A stretch of DNA of 64,000 nt from Hyalangium minutum (GCF_000737315.1 NZ_JMCB01000003.1:248001-312000); one strand, 5' to 3'. Positions 27,099 to 39,019 are shown, counted from the stretch's first letter. Numbers and translations are program-made. The notes: a model not told the origin generated them from the letters alone.

Positions 27099-27127
27099 TT
27101 GACAGCCCGGGGGGGGCTGGCCATCCT
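27099..27127 (+). promoter_or_regulatory. Candidate sigma70-type promoter for apbC
   Basis: TTGACA 27099-27104, 17-nt spacer, CATCCT 27122-27127. Confidence 0.45.
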
Positions 27128-27182
27128 CCGCGCCCTTCCGGGCTCGCAACCGCCCGATTTCCAAAAGGTTTCAGGTGTTTCG

Positions 27183-28274
27183 ATGAGCGTTTCCGAGCGC
27201 GACATCCTCGCGGCGATGTCCAAGGTGATGGATCCCGAGCTTCACGTGGATCTGGTGAAGGCGGGCATGGTGAAGGACATCCGTCTCAACGGCGATGCGG
27301 TGAAGCTGAAGATCGAGCTGACCACGCCGGCCTGTCCAATGAAGGGGAAGATCCAGGCGGACGCCGAGGCAGCGCTCAAGGCCGTGCCGGGGCTGAAGTC
27401 CTTCGACATCGAGTGGGGAGCGCAGGTGCGGGCCACGGGTGGCGCGGGGCCGGGCCAGCAGGGCCAGGCGCTGCTGCCGGGTGTGAAGAACATCGTCCTG
27501 GTGGGCGCGGGCAAGGGCGGTGTGGGCAAGAGCACGGTGGCGGTGAACCTGGCCGTGAGCCTGGCCAAGCACGGGGCGAAGGTGGGCCTGCTGGACGCGG
27601 ACTTCTACGGCCCATCCATCCCGCTGATGACCGGGATTACCGAGCGCCCGGTGAGCCCGGACGGCAAGACGCTCAACCCGATGATCAAGCACGGGCTGAA
27701 GGTCATGTCGATCGGCTTCCTGGTGGAGTCGGATCAGGCGCTCATCTGGCGTGGGCCCATGCTGCACGGGGCGCTGATGCAGCTGGTGCGCGACGTGAAC
27801 TGGGGCGAGCTGGACTACCTCATCCTGGATCTGCCGCCGGGCACGGGCGACGTGGCGCTCTCGCTGTCGCAGAGCGTGCGCGCGGCGGGCGCGGTGTTGG
27901 TGACGACGCCGCAGGACGTGGCGCTGGCGGACGTGGTGCGCGCCAAGCAGATGTTCGACAAGGTCCACATTCCGGTGCTGGGGATCGTAGAGAACATGAG
28001 CCAGTTCGTGTGCCCGAACTGCTCGCACACGACGCACATCTTCAACAAGGGCGGCGGCCGCAAGGCGGCGGAGATGTTCAACATCTCCTTCTTGGGCGAG
28101 GTGCCTCTGGATCTGAAGGTGCGCGAGTCGGGTGATGCGGGAGTGCCGGTGGTGGCGGGCGCCCCGGAGAGCCTGGAGGCGAAGGCGTTCATGGAGATCG
28201 CCCGCAACGTGGCCGGCCGGGTGTCCGCGGAGAGCGCGCGGGCCATCCGTCTGCCGGTGATGCAGGCGCGCTGA
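27183..28274 (+). CDS. apbC: Mrp/NBP35 Fe-S cluster carrier ATPase
   Basis: N-terminal FeS-assembly domain (LTTPACP), GKGGVGKST, DADFYGPS, WRGPM, DLPPGTGD and ENMS..FxCPxC. Confidence 0.93.
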   Translation: MSVSERDILAAMSKVMDPELHVDLVKAGMVKDIRLNGDAVKLKIELTTPACPMKGKIQADAEAALKAVPGLKSFDIEWGAQVRATGGAGPGQQGQALLPGVKNIVLVGAGKGGVGKSTVAVNLAVSLAKHGAKVGLLDADFYGPSIPLMTGITERPVSPDGKTLNPMIKHGLKVMSIGFLVESDQALIWRGPMLHGALMQLVRDVNWGELDYLILDLPPGTGDVALSLSQSVRAAGAVLVTTPQDVALADVVRAKQMFDKVHIPVLGIVENMSQFVCPNCSHTTHIFNKGGGRKAAEMFNISFLGEVPLDLKVRESGDAGVPVVAGAPESLEAKAFMEIARNVAGRVSAESARAIRLPVMQAR

Positions 28275-28298
28275 GTCCCGAAGTCCCGGAGGTCCCTC

Positions 28299-28778
28299 AT
28301 GGCTGGTGACAGCAACGACTTTCCGCCGGATCCGCTCGATGACGACTACCAGCAGCCGCACTCGGGCCGCGAGGGGCGTGCGGGCTTTGTGCCCGACTTC
28401 GTGCGCAAGGTGGCGGTGGCGGGGCTAGGCGCCATCTTCATGACGGAGGAGGGCATCCGGAACCTGGCGGGACAGCTCAAGCTGCCCAAGGAGATGCTCG
28501 GCTTCGTGCTCTCCCAGGCGGAGAAGACGAAGGACGAGGTCGGCCGGGTGCTGGCGGAGGAGGTGCGCCGCTTCCTACAGTCGGAGAAGCTGCGCGAGGA
28601 GTTCGTGAAGCTGATGTCGGGGATGACCTTGGATGTGCGGGCGCAGATCCGCCTGGTGCCCGCCGACGAGGACAAGAAGGAGGCCTCGTCCGAGGAGGGC
28701 TCGGGTGTCCCCACGACGCCCAAGGTGACCGTCTCCGAGGTGAACGCGCGCCGCGGCAAGCGGGCGAAGAAGGAGTGA
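28299..28778 (+). CDS. Hypothetical protein (weak phasin-like N-terminal pattern)
   Basis: GGAGG RBS; helical segment RKVAVAGLGAIFMTEE; basic tail. Confidence 0.75.
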   Translation: MAGDSNDFPPDPLDDDYQQPHSGREGRAGFVPDFVRKVAVAGLGAIFMTEEGIRNLAGQLKLPKEMLGFVLSQAEKTKDEVGRVLAEEVRRFLQSEKLREEFVKLMSGMTLDVRAQIRLVPADEDKKEASSEEGSGVPTTPKVTVSEVNARRGKRAKKE

Positions 28779-28822
28779 CGTTGGAGTCTGAAGCACGGCC
28801 CAGCTGGCGGAACCGCCCCTTG

Positions 28823-29182
28823 ATGAAGCGCCTGCCGTTGCTGGTGATGGCGGCGCTGGGCGTGTGGCTCTGGCAGACGATGGGCACGCCGGAGCGCGAG
28901 CTGGTCTGGCAACTGGACGGCTCGGGCTGGGCGGCGGTACGGGCGCTGGACCTCCAGGTGACGGCGCCGGACGGGAAGATCCTCAAGCGGGAGGAGCGGT
29001 TCTTTACCGGAGCGCCTCCGCACGAGGTGACGCTGAAGGTGGCGCTGCCGGAGGGCACCTACCGCGCGCTCATCTTCGTGAAAGAGGAGAACCGCCCCAC
29101 GCGGCCCCCACTGGTGGAATCCCTGACGATTGGCTCGGAGCAGTATGTGCTCCGGACGCTGAGACTGCCGGCGATCCGTTGA
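28823..29182 (+). CDS. Hypothetical membrane-anchored protein
   Basis: MKRLPLLVMAALGVWLW anchor followed by a beta-rich domain. Confidence 0.7.
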   Translation: MKRLPLLVMAALGVWLWQTMGTPERELVWQLDGSGWAAVRALDLQVTAPDGKILKREERFFTGAPPHEVTLKVALPEGTYRALIFVKEENRPTRPPLVESLTIGSEQYVLRTLRLPAIR

Positions 29183-29244
29183 CCGGCTGGGAGGCGGGGG
29201 CTATAGCGCCCGCACTTTCACTCTCGGCTGGAGCAGGAGACGCC

Positions 29245-30093
29245 ATGGCAACGGAGCACATCGTCGTCGTCGGGGCAGGGCAGATGGGAGCGGGCATCGC
29301 GCAGGTCTCGCTGCTGGCGGGGCTGCGCGTCACGCTGGTGGACGTCTCGAAGGAGGGGCTCGCCAAGGGCGCGGACCGCATTCGGGCTGGCCTGGCGAAG
29401 CTGGTGGAGAAGGGCAAGCTGGACGACGCCAAGCGCAAGGCCGCCGAGGCGAACCTGGCCACGGCCACCAGCGCCGCCGAGGTGAAGGACGTGGACTTCG
29501 CCGTCGAGGCGGTGACGGAGAACGAGGACCTCAAGCGCCGCATCTTCCAGGAGCTGGACGGGGTGGTGAAGCCCGGGGGCGTGCTGGCGACGAACACCTC
29601 GTCCATTCCGATCACGCGCATCGCGGCGGGGACGAAGCGGCCCGAGGCGGTGATCGGGATGCACTTCATGAACCCGGTGCCAGTGATGCAGCTGGTGGAG
29701 CTGATCCGGGGCGCGGCGACGTCGGACGAGACGTACCAGAAGACAAAGGCGCTGGCGGAGAAGATGGGGAAGACGACGGTGGTGTCCAAGGACATGCCGG
29801 GCTTCATCGTCAACCGCATCCTGATTCCGATGCTGAACGAGGCGTGCTTCGCGCTGATGGAGGGGCTGGGGACGGCGGAGGACATCGACACGGCGATGAA
29901 GCTGGGGACGAACCAGCCCATGGGCCCGCTGCAGCTGGCGGACTTCATCGGCCTGGACACGTGCCTCTACATCGCCGAGGTGCTCCACAAGGGCCTGGGC
30001 GACAGCAAGTACCGCCCGTGCCCGCTGCTGCGTCAGTACGTGGACGCCGGTTGGTACGGCAAGAAGAGCGGCCGCGGCTTCTACAAGTACTAG
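29245..30093 (+). CDS. hbd: 3-hydroxybutyryl-CoA dehydrogenase
   Basis: VVGAGQMGAG Rossmann motif, EAVTE, ATNTSS, GMHFMNP, GFIVNR; AGGAG RBS. Confidence 0.93.
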   Translation: MATEHIVVVGAGQMGAGIAQVSLLAGLRVTLVDVSKEGLAKGADRIRAGLAKLVEKGKLDDAKRKAAEANLATATSAAEVKDVDFAVEAVTENEDLKRRIFQELDGVVKPGGVLATNTSSIPITRIAAGTKRPEAVIGMHFMNPVPVMQLVELIRGAATSDETYQKTKALAEKMGKTTVVSKDMPGFIVNRILIPMLNEACFALMEGLGTAEDIDTAMKLGTNQPMGPLQLADFIGLDTCLYIAEVLHKGLGDSKYRPCPLLRQYVDAGWYGKKSGRGFYKY

Positions 30094-30116
30094 AGCACCG
30101 AGCCGTCTCGGATCCT

Positions 30117-30749
30117 TTAGGGCACGGGGCGCACGGGAAGCGGAGCCGTCTTCAAGTTCGCCAGATCGAGGACGAACTCGAGCTTCTCGAGCTGCTGCCC
30201 CCAGCCGATCTGCACCGTCACCTTGACGCTTCCCTTCTTCGGGAGGGGAGCGCCCCAGAGCACGGTGCGCATGACCGAGGCTTTGCCAGTGGACACCCCG
30301 AATGCGTCCTCAAGGGTCCTGCCATCGGTGGCAAGGACGTCCTTCGGATCGAAGAGCTCGGTGCCTGGCTCGAAGCGCTTCTTGAGGAGCGTCTCGGTCA
30401 TCGCCTGGTAGCTCTGACCATCGATGGTGAAATCTCGCAGCTCGGCTAGGGAGAAGAGCCCCGTGGCCGAGGGCTGCCGGACGAAGAGAAACTCGAACCC
30501 GAGCCCGTCGGGTGCTTCCTGCCTCGCGGCGGTCTGAGCGTCGAGCTTCCAGGCCCGTAGCAACAGGGCCCGCGAGTGCGCGCCTTTCTTCTCCGTCACG
30601 ACGGCCGGGGGCTTGGCCTTCTTGGCGGCGCCTTGGCTTGGAGGGGCGCTGGCGCTGGCCGTCTGCAAGGGAGCGGTGACCCCCAGGAACAGGGAGAACG
30701 TCAGCAGGGCGATGGAACGGGTGTGACGGGCGGGATCCAACACGCTCAT
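30117..30749 (-). CDS. Hypothetical secreted protein
   Basis: Signal-like IALLTFSLFLGVTAPLQTASA, then a soluble domain; antisense between hbd and crt. Confidence 0.65.
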   Translation of the reverse strand: MSVLDPARHTRSIALLTFSLFLGVTAPLQTASASAPPSQGAAKKAKPPAVVTEKKGAHSRALLLRAWKLDAQTAARQEAPDGLGFEFLFVRQPSATGLFSLAELRDFTIDGQSYQAMTETLLKKRFEPGTELFDPKDVLATDGRTLEDAFGVSTGKASVMRTVLWGAPLPKKGSVKVTVQIGWGQQLEKLEFVLDLANLKTAPLPVRPVP

Positions 30750-30831
30750 GGAGGCCTCTGGGAATATGCCTTGGAGGGGACTCGGGGAATGGTATGGATA
30801 ACCGCGTCTCGACGGAACACGAGGACCTCAC

Positions 30832-31608
30832 ATGGCCTACGAGAACATCAAGCTGGAGACGCAGGGCCCCATCAGCACGCTCACGATCGACCGGCCCAAG
30901 GCGCTCAACGCGCTCAACAGCAAGACCCTTCAGGAGATCGAGTCCGCGCTGCAGTCCCTGGGCCCGGACACCCGCGTGCTCATCGTCACCGGAGGCGGGG
31001 AGAAGGCCTTCGTCGCCGGCGCGGACATCTCGGAGATGTCCTCGATCAGCGCGGCACAGGCTCGTGAGTTCGCCGCCCTCGGCCACCGCGTGTTCCTGGC
31101 GCTGGAGTCTCTGCCGTTCCCCACCATCGCTGCGGTGAACGGCTTTGCCCTGGGCGGCGGCTGCGAGCTGGCCCTGGCGTGCGACCTCATCTACGCCTCG
31201 GAGAAGGCCAAGATGGGCCTGCCGGAGGTCTCCCTCGGCGTTATCCCCGGCTTCGGCGGGACGCAGCGGCTCGCGCGGCTCGTGGGGAAGATGCGCGCCA
31301 AGGAGCTCATCTTCTCGGGTAGCCATGTGACGGCGGCGCAGGCCAAGGAATACGGCATGGTGCTGGATGTGCTGCCTCCGGAGAAGCTCATGGAGCATTG
31401 CCAGGGGGTGGCCGCGAAGATCCTCAAGAACGGCCCGCTGGCCATCTCGCAGGCCAAGCGCGTCATCGAGTTCGGCGCGGACCAAGACCTGCGCGCTGCC
31501 AACGAGCTGGAGCGCCAGGGCTTCGCCGTCCTCTTCGGCTCGGAGGACCAGCGCGAGGGCATGAAGGCCTTCCTGGAGAAGCGCCCCGCCTCCTTCATGG
31601 GCAAGTAG
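30832..31608 (+). CDS. crt: Enoyl-CoA hydratase (crotonase)
   Basis: AFVAGADI, NGFALGGGCELALACD, PEVSLGVIPGFGGTQRL. Confidence 0.93.
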   Translation: MAYENIKLETQGPISTLTIDRPKALNALNSKTLQEIESALQSLGPDTRVLIVTGGGEKAFVAGADISEMSSISAAQAREFAALGHRVFLALESLPFPTIAAVNGFALGGGCELALACDLIYASEKAKMGLPEVSLGVIPGFGGTQRLARLVGKMRAKELIFSGSHVTAAQAKEYGMVLDVLPPEKLMEHCQGVAAKILKNGPLAISQAKRVIEFGADQDLRAANELERQGFAVLFGSEDQREGMKAFLEKRPASFMGK

Positions 31609-31636
31609 GCATCTGCCCACAGCACCGGGAAGCCGT

Positions 31637-31648
31637 CCGACCGGTCGG
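31637..31648. promoter_or_regulatory. Perfect palindrome CCGACCGGTCGG, candidate repressor operator
   Basis: 12-bp palindrome in the intergenic region upstream of the acyl-CoA dehydrogenase pair. Confidence 0.45.
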
Positions 31649-31758
31649 TTTCTCATGGGCGCGGCAACCTGGACTCGGGGGAGCCCGCTGACGAGCGGTA
31701 TTCCCCAGCGCCGCGCCTCATTATAAGGAGTCCGAGCCCCATCCCCTTCAGGAGTGCC

Positions 31759-32901
31759 ATGAACTTCGAGCTGACCGACATCCAGCGTGACATCCAGCGG
31801 ATGTGCCGAGAGTTCGCCGCCAAAGAGCTCATCCCCAACGCCCGTAAGTGGGACGAGACCCACGCGTGGCCCACCGAGGCCGTGAAGAAGCTGGCGGAGC
31901 TGGCGCTGCTGGGCGTCGCGGTGCCGGAGCAGTACGGCGGCGCCGGGCTGGACAACGTCTGCTACGCCATCGCCATGGAGGAGATCAGCCGCGGCTGCGC
32001 CTCCACCGGCGTCATCATGAGCGTGAACAACTCGCTGTACTGCGATCCGGTGATGAAGTTCGGCACCGAGGCGCAGAAGCAGGAGTTCCTCGTCCCGTTC
32101 GCGCGCGGCGAGAAGCTCGGCTGCTTCGGCCTCACCGAGCCCGAGGCTGGCAGCGACGCGGCCGCCCAGAAGACCACCGCCGTCCGCCGGGGTGACGAGT
32201 ACGTCATCAACGGCTCGAAGAACTGGATCACGGTGGGCCCGAAGGCGGACGCCATCGTCCTGTTCACGATGACGAACAAGGAAGCGGGCAACAAGGGCAT
32301 CACCGCGTTCCTGGTTCCGACGAACACGCCGGGCTTCATCCGCGCCGAGCCGGACAAGAAGATGGGCATCAGTGCAGCGCACTCGTGCTCCATGTTCTTC
32401 GAGGACATGCGCGTACCGGCCAAGAACATCCTCGGCAAGGAGGGGGATGGCTTCAAGGTGGCCATGAGCACGCTGGACGGCGGGCGCATCGGCATCGCGG
32501 CGCAGGCGCTGGGCATCGCGCGGGCGGCCTTCGAGGAGGCGGTGCGGTACTCGGGGGAGCGCAAGACGTTCGGCAAGCCCATCCGCGATCACCAGGCCAT
32601 CCAGTTCATGCTGGCGGACATGGCCACGGAGATCGACGCGGCGCGGCTGCTGGTGTGGCAGGCGGCGCTGCTCAAGGACAAGGGCGTGCGCCACAGCGTG
32701 GAGAGCGCCATGGCGAAGCTGTACGCCAGCGAGATGGCCAGCCGCGTGGCGAACAAGGCCCTGCAGGTCCATGGCGGCATGGGCTACAGCAAGGAGATGG
32801 ACGCCGAGCGCCACGTGCGCGACGCCCGCATCACTGAGATCTACGAGGGGACGAGCGAGATCCAGCGCATCGTCATCTCGGCCAACCTGCTGAAGGACTA
32901 G
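31759..32901 (+). CDS. Acyl-CoA dehydrogenase (short-chain/butyryl-CoA type)
   Basis: FGLTEPEAGSDA, NGSKNWIT, KMGI, LDGGRIGIA, GGMGY, EIYEGTSEIQ. Confidence 0.94.
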   Translation: MNFELTDIQRDIQRMCREFAAKELIPNARKWDETHAWPTEAVKKLAELALLGVAVPEQYGGAGLDNVCYAIAMEEISRGCASTGVIMSVNNSLYCDPVMKFGTEAQKQEFLVPFARGEKLGCFGLTEPEAGSDAAAQKTTAVRRGDEYVINGSKNWITVGPKADAIVLFTMTNKEAGNKGITAFLVPTNTPGFIRAEPDKKMGISAAHSCSMFFEDMRVPAKNILGKEGDGFKVAMSTLDGGRIGIAAQALGIARAAFEEAVRYSGERKTFGKPIRDHQAIQFMLADMATEIDAARLLVWQAALLKDKGVRHSVESAMAKLYASEMASRVANKALQVHGGMGYSKEMDAERHVRDARITEIYEGTSEIQRIVISANLLKD

Positions 32902-32907
32902 CGCGCC

Positions 32908-34053
32908 GTGAACCTCGAGCTGACCGAGACCCAGACGCTGATCCGCGACACCGCACGCAAGTTCGCCAAGGAGAAGGTGGCTCCGCAGGCGCGCAAGCTG
33001 GATCGCGAGGAGATCTTCCCCACGGCCACCTTCAAGGAGCTGGCCGAGCTGGGGCTGATGGGCGTGAACCTCCCCACGCGCTACGGCGGCGCCGAGGCCG
33101 GCGTGGTGGCCTACGCGCTGGCGATGATGGAGATCGCCGCGGCGGACGCGTCCACCTCGGTGGCCATGTCGGTGACGAACATGTGCGCGGAGCTGATCTA
33201 CATGTTCGGCACGGACGCGCAGCGCGAGAAGTTCGTCACGAAGCTGACCTCGGGCGAGGCGGTGGTGGGCTCGTTCGCGCTGTCCGAGCCGCATGCGGGC
33301 TCGGATCCGGGGGCGATGAACACCTCGGCGGTGCGCAAGGGCGACACGTGGGTGCTCAACGGCAGCAAGCAGTGGATCACCTCGGGCGCGCACGCGGGGG
33401 TGATGGTGGTGTGGGCGCGCACGTCCCCGGCCGGCAACAAGGGTCTTTCCTGCTTCATCGTAGAGGGCGGGACGAAGGGCCTCATCATCGGCAAGCACGA
33501 GGACAAGATGGGGCTGCGCTCCTCGAACACGGTGGGGCTGACGTTCGAGGACTGTGAGATCCCGGCGGAGAACCTCCTGGGCAAGGAAGGGGAGGGCTTC
33601 AAGCTGGCGATGGTGGCGCTGGACGGCGGGCGCATCGGCATCGCCTCGCAGGCGTGCGGGGTGGCGCGGGCGGCGCTGGAGGCGTCGGTGCAGTACACGA
33701 AGGACCGCAAGGCGTTCAACCAGCCCATCTCCGAGTTCCAGGCGCCGCGCTTCATGATGGCGGACATGAAGGTGCAGCTCGCGGCGGCCGAACTGCTGAC
33801 CTTCCGGGCGGCGGCGCTGAAGGAGGCGGGCAAGCCGTTCACCCGCGAAGCGTCCATGGCGAAGCTGTACGCCAGCGAGATGTCCAACCGTGTCTGCGAC
33901 AAGGCGGTGCAGCTGCACGGTGGCTACGGCTACATCGACGAGTTCCCGGTGGAGCGCTACTTCCGGGACGCGCGCGTGCAGACCATCTACGAGGGCACCA
34001 GCGAGGTGCAGCGGATGGTCATCGCCCGGGAGACCTTCAAGCTGTTCACCTGA
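32908..34053 (+). CDS. Acyl-CoA dehydrogenase (second paralog)
   Basis: FALSEPHAGSD, NGSKQWIT, LDGGRIGIA, GGYGY, TIYEGTSEVQ; GTG start. Confidence 0.94.
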   Translation: MNLELTETQTLIRDTARKFAKEKVAPQARKLDREEIFPTATFKELAELGLMGVNLPTRYGGAEAGVVAYALAMMEIAAADASTSVAMSVTNMCAELIYMFGTDAQREKFVTKLTSGEAVVGSFALSEPHAGSDPGAMNTSAVRKGDTWVLNGSKQWITSGAHAGVMVVWARTSPAGNKGLSCFIVEGGTKGLIIGKHEDKMGLRSSNTVGLTFEDCEIPAENLLGKEGEGFKLAMVALDGGRIGIASQACGVARAALEASVQYTKDRKAFNQPISEFQAPRFMMADMKVQLAAAELLTFRAAALKEAGKPFTREASMAKLYASEMSNRVCDKAVQLHGGYGYIDEFPVERYFRDARVQTIYEGTSEVQRMVIARETFKLFT

Positions 34054-34065
34054 GCGATGCCCTGA

Positions 34066-34890
34066 TCAGCCCTTCACCGCGCCAGCGGTGAGGCCGGAGA
34101 TGATCTTCCGCTGGAAGATCAGCACCAGCACCACCAGGGGCACCGTGACGATCACCGAGGCGGCCATGATGAGGCCCCACGGTGTCTCGAACGCGCTGCC
34201 GCCGCTGAACAGGGCAATGGCCACCGGAACCGTCCGCACGTTGTCGGACTGGGTGAAGGTGAGCGCGAAGAGAAACTCGTTCCACGCGGCGATGAACGCC
34301 AGCAGGCCCGTGGTCGCCATGGCCGGGCCCAGCAGCGGCAGGAACACGCGGGTGACGATCATCCAGGGCGTGGCCCCGTCCACGATCGCTGCCTCCTCGA
34401 GCTCGTTGGGCAGCTCCCGCATGAACGTGGTCAGCACCCACACCGTGAAGGGCAGGGTGAGGATCAGGTTGGAGATAATCAGCGCGGGCAGCTTGTTGTA
34501 GATGCCCAGCCACCGGACCAGCTCGAACATGCCGGACAGCACCGCGATCTGCGGGAACATGGACACGGCGAGCACCGATAGGAGCAACACCTTGCGTCCA
34601 CGGAACTGGATGCGCGCCAGCGCGAACGACGCCGTCAGCCCCAGGAGCAGCGAGAGTACCACCACCGCCGTGGCGACGATCACCGAGTTGAAGATGTTCT
34701 GCCCGAAGGGCTGCGCCGTGAACACGTCCACGTAGTTGCTGTACGCGGGCTGCTTCGGCCAGGGATCCACCTCGAACAGCTCGCTGCCTGTCTTCAGGGA
34801 CGAGACGATCGCCCAATAGAAGGGGAACAGCGTGTAGACCGCGATCACCGCCAGCATCAGCCAGAAGGCCGTCTTCTTGAGCACCTTCAT
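34066..34890 (-). CDS. Carbohydrate ABC transporter permease (MalG/ThuG-like)
   Basis: EAA loop EEAAIVDGAT; AWNEFLFAL; six TM segments. Confidence 0.92.
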   Translation of the reverse strand: MKVLKKTAFWLMLAVIAVYTLFPFYWAIVSSLKTGSELFEVDPWPKQPAYSNYVDVFTAQPFGQNIFNSVIVATAVVVLSLLLGLTASFALARIQFRGRKVLLLSVLAVSMFPQIAVLSGMFELVRWLGIYNKLPALIISNLILTLPFTVWVLTTFMRELPNELEEAAIVDGATPWMIVTRVFLPLLGPAMATTGLLAFIAAWNEFLFALTFTQSDNVRTVPVAIALFSGGSAFETPWGLIMAASVIVTVPLVVLVLIFQRKIISGLTAGAVKG

Positions 34891-34893
34891 GCG

Positions 34894-35844
<951 letters not shown>

Positions 35845-35856
35845 GCGCGCTCCTCT

Positions 35857-37122
<1,266 letters not shown>

Positions 37123-37182
37123 GCGTGATTCCCTCCCTGGGGCGCCCCGAGGTTGAGGCGCATTCTCACGAACCCGTCTGGT

Positions 37183-37210
37183 TTTGACGCGGATTGTCAA
37201 AGCTTGACGC
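37183..37210. promoter_or_regulatory. TTTGAC-N7-GTCAAA inverted repeat plus a TTGACGC direct repeat in the divergent promoter region
   Basis: TTTGAC 37183-88, GTCAAA 37196-201; TTGACGC at 37184 and 37204; TTGACA on the minus strand at 37195-37200. Confidence 0.45.
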
Positions 37211-37393
37211 AGCTCGTTAAAGCCGCAGACGCTACTTCGCGCTCGCGAGCGGGGCATCCCGTATCACGATTCTCCAGTGATCAGGAGGCTTGATTGTGTG
37301 CAGTATCAGGCTTAATGGGGGGCGCGGCTCGTCTGGCCTACCGAGGGGACGGGCCATTCCTCGTAACACTCTTCTCCATCTGGGGGCTGTATC

Positions 37394-38791
37394 GTGCTTC
37401 TCGCTCGAAGACTGCGTACCTGTGTCACGACATCGCTGGCTGTGCTGTCTTTTTTGGCCATTTCTGAAAGCGCTTTCGCGGGCCTCGAAGCGGGTCCGAT
37501 CGAAGTCGGCATGTACGGCCGCGTTGGCGTGGCGTGGAACCCCCAGAACGGCCGGTATGTGCACGGCAAATCGCTGAACCTGCTGGGTACGCTCGGTGGC
37601 CGCCTCGAGGAGGGCGACTACCTCGAGCCCACGATCAAGCTGAACATCGTGAAGCCCACGGCCGAGGACAACACCAAGCCGTACTTCCATGTCGTCCTCA
37701 CGCCGTCGATGTTCTCCACCAACGGCTCCTTCATCGGCGCGTTCGCCAACAACTTCTCGACGACGCTGCGCATCGAGCTGTTCCAGGCCTACCTGGAGGC
37801 CGGCAACGTCCTCATCCCGGACCTGAAGATCTGGGCCGGCCAGCGCTTCTACCGCGGCAGTGATGTGCACATCGCGGACTACTTCTTCTTCAACAACCTG
37901 AGCTCGCAGGGCTTTGGCGTGAAGTACAAGGCGCTGGACGTGGCCGTGCTGCTGCAGACGGGCACCTCTACCCTGTACTCCTCTCGGGCGGATGACGGTA
38001 ACCCCGACACCACGGATCCCCTCTTCCAGCGCCAGCGCACGGTGCTCGTCGGCCAGTACGTGCTGCCGGTGGCCGAGAAGCACTCGCTGCACCTGCTGGG
38101 CGAGTTCCACCTGCTGCCGGCCAACCGCGCGGCAATCGGCAGCACGGCGCTGGCCCCCACGGACATCGGCTACGTGGCGGGCGTCAAGTTCCGCGCGGAT
38201 CTGGGCAACGGCAGCTTCAGCGAGACGGCGGTGCGCGCCGGTGGCGGCATCGCCAACGGTGCCTATGCGGGCTCGTCCACGTGGGGCACCTATGGCCTGA
38301 CCAATGAGGACGGCAAGTACGCCGGCGCGCTGGGCCTCGAGTTCGTCGAGCACTTCCTCTACAACGTGAACCCGCTGTTCACCGTCAATGCCTTCGCCAT
38401 CGTGCAGCGCAGCCAGGGCGCCAGCGGTGAGTCCCAGGACCATGCGCTGAACTTCGCCACGGGCGCGCGCACCTTCCTGTATCTGCACAACCAGTTCCAC
38501 CTGATCAACGAGCTGACCTTCCAGGGCGTGTCCCTGGGTCAGCCCGAGGGTGCGGAGAAGCCGTCGCTTCCCTACGCCGTGAAGTTCTCCATCGTTCCGA
38601 CGCTCGTCCCCTCGGGTGACCGCTCGGCCTGGGCGCGTCCGCACCTGCGCCTCATCTACACCCTGGCGTACTACGGCGAGGGCGCGCGCGAGGCCGCCAG
38701 CGCGGGTACGCTGTCGTCGGCCTACATGCGCGAGTTCGGCCCCCGCACTTTCGGCCACTACCTGGGCGCCCGCGCCGAGTGGTGGTTCTAA
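37394..38791 (+). CDS. Carbohydrate porin (LamB/maltoporin-like)
   Basis: Signal peptide; GRLEEGDYLE, WAGQRFYR, SAWARPHLR; C-terminal aromatic AEWWF (beta-barrel signature); divergent from the sugar ABC operon. Confidence 0.85.
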   Translation: MLLARRLRTCVTTSLAVLSFLAISESAFAGLEAGPIEVGMYGRVGVAWNPQNGRYVHGKSLNLLGTLGGRLEEGDYLEPTIKLNIVKPTAEDNTKPYFHVVLTPSMFSTNGSFIGAFANNFSTTLRIELFQAYLEAGNVLIPDLKIWAGQRFYRGSDVHIADYFFFNNLSSQGFGVKYKALDVAVLLQTGTSTLYSSRADDGNPDTTDPLFQRQRTVLVGQYVLPVAEKHSLHLLGEFHLLPANRAAIGSTALAPTDIGYVAGVKFRADLGNGSFSETAVRAGGGIANGAYAGSSTWGTYGLTNEDGKYAGALGLEFVEHFLYNVNPLFTVNAFAIVQRSQGASGESQDHALNFATGARTFLYLHNQFHLINELTFQGVSLGQPEGAEKPSLPYAVKFSIVPTLVPSGDRSAWARPHLRLIYTLAYYGEGAREAASAGTLSSAYMREFGPRTFGHYLGARAEWWF

Positions 38792-38808
38792 CCGTCCGGA
38801 AGCCCTGG

Positions 38809-38844
38809 GAGCGGGCAGGCATGCACGCCTCCTGGCCCGCTCCT
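38809..38844 (+). terminator. Hairpin downstream of the porin gene
   Basis: GGAGCGGGC...GCCCGCTCC inverted repeat after the stop at 38791. Confidence 0.45.
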
Positions 38845-39019
38845 CCCTCTGGACATGTTGCGCCGAGGGGGAAGCGTTCATAAACAGGAGGAGAACCCTC
38901 GCGAGCGGGCCGGGAAGGGCGTCCGGTCTGCCCGAGGGCGGCTTACGGGCACTTCAGGAGCCTGTCAGAACCCTGGGCGTGCCCCTTTTGGCCTTTCATC
39001 ACATGATTCGCGTGCTCGC

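Noticed and set aside
30310-33918. 1202-aa minus-strand ORF (also 19807..21468, 39149..40651, 50478..51980, 54734..56803, 57318..58817 and 61125..63338)
   Set aside because: Alternative-frame or antisense shadows of well-supported housekeeping genes.
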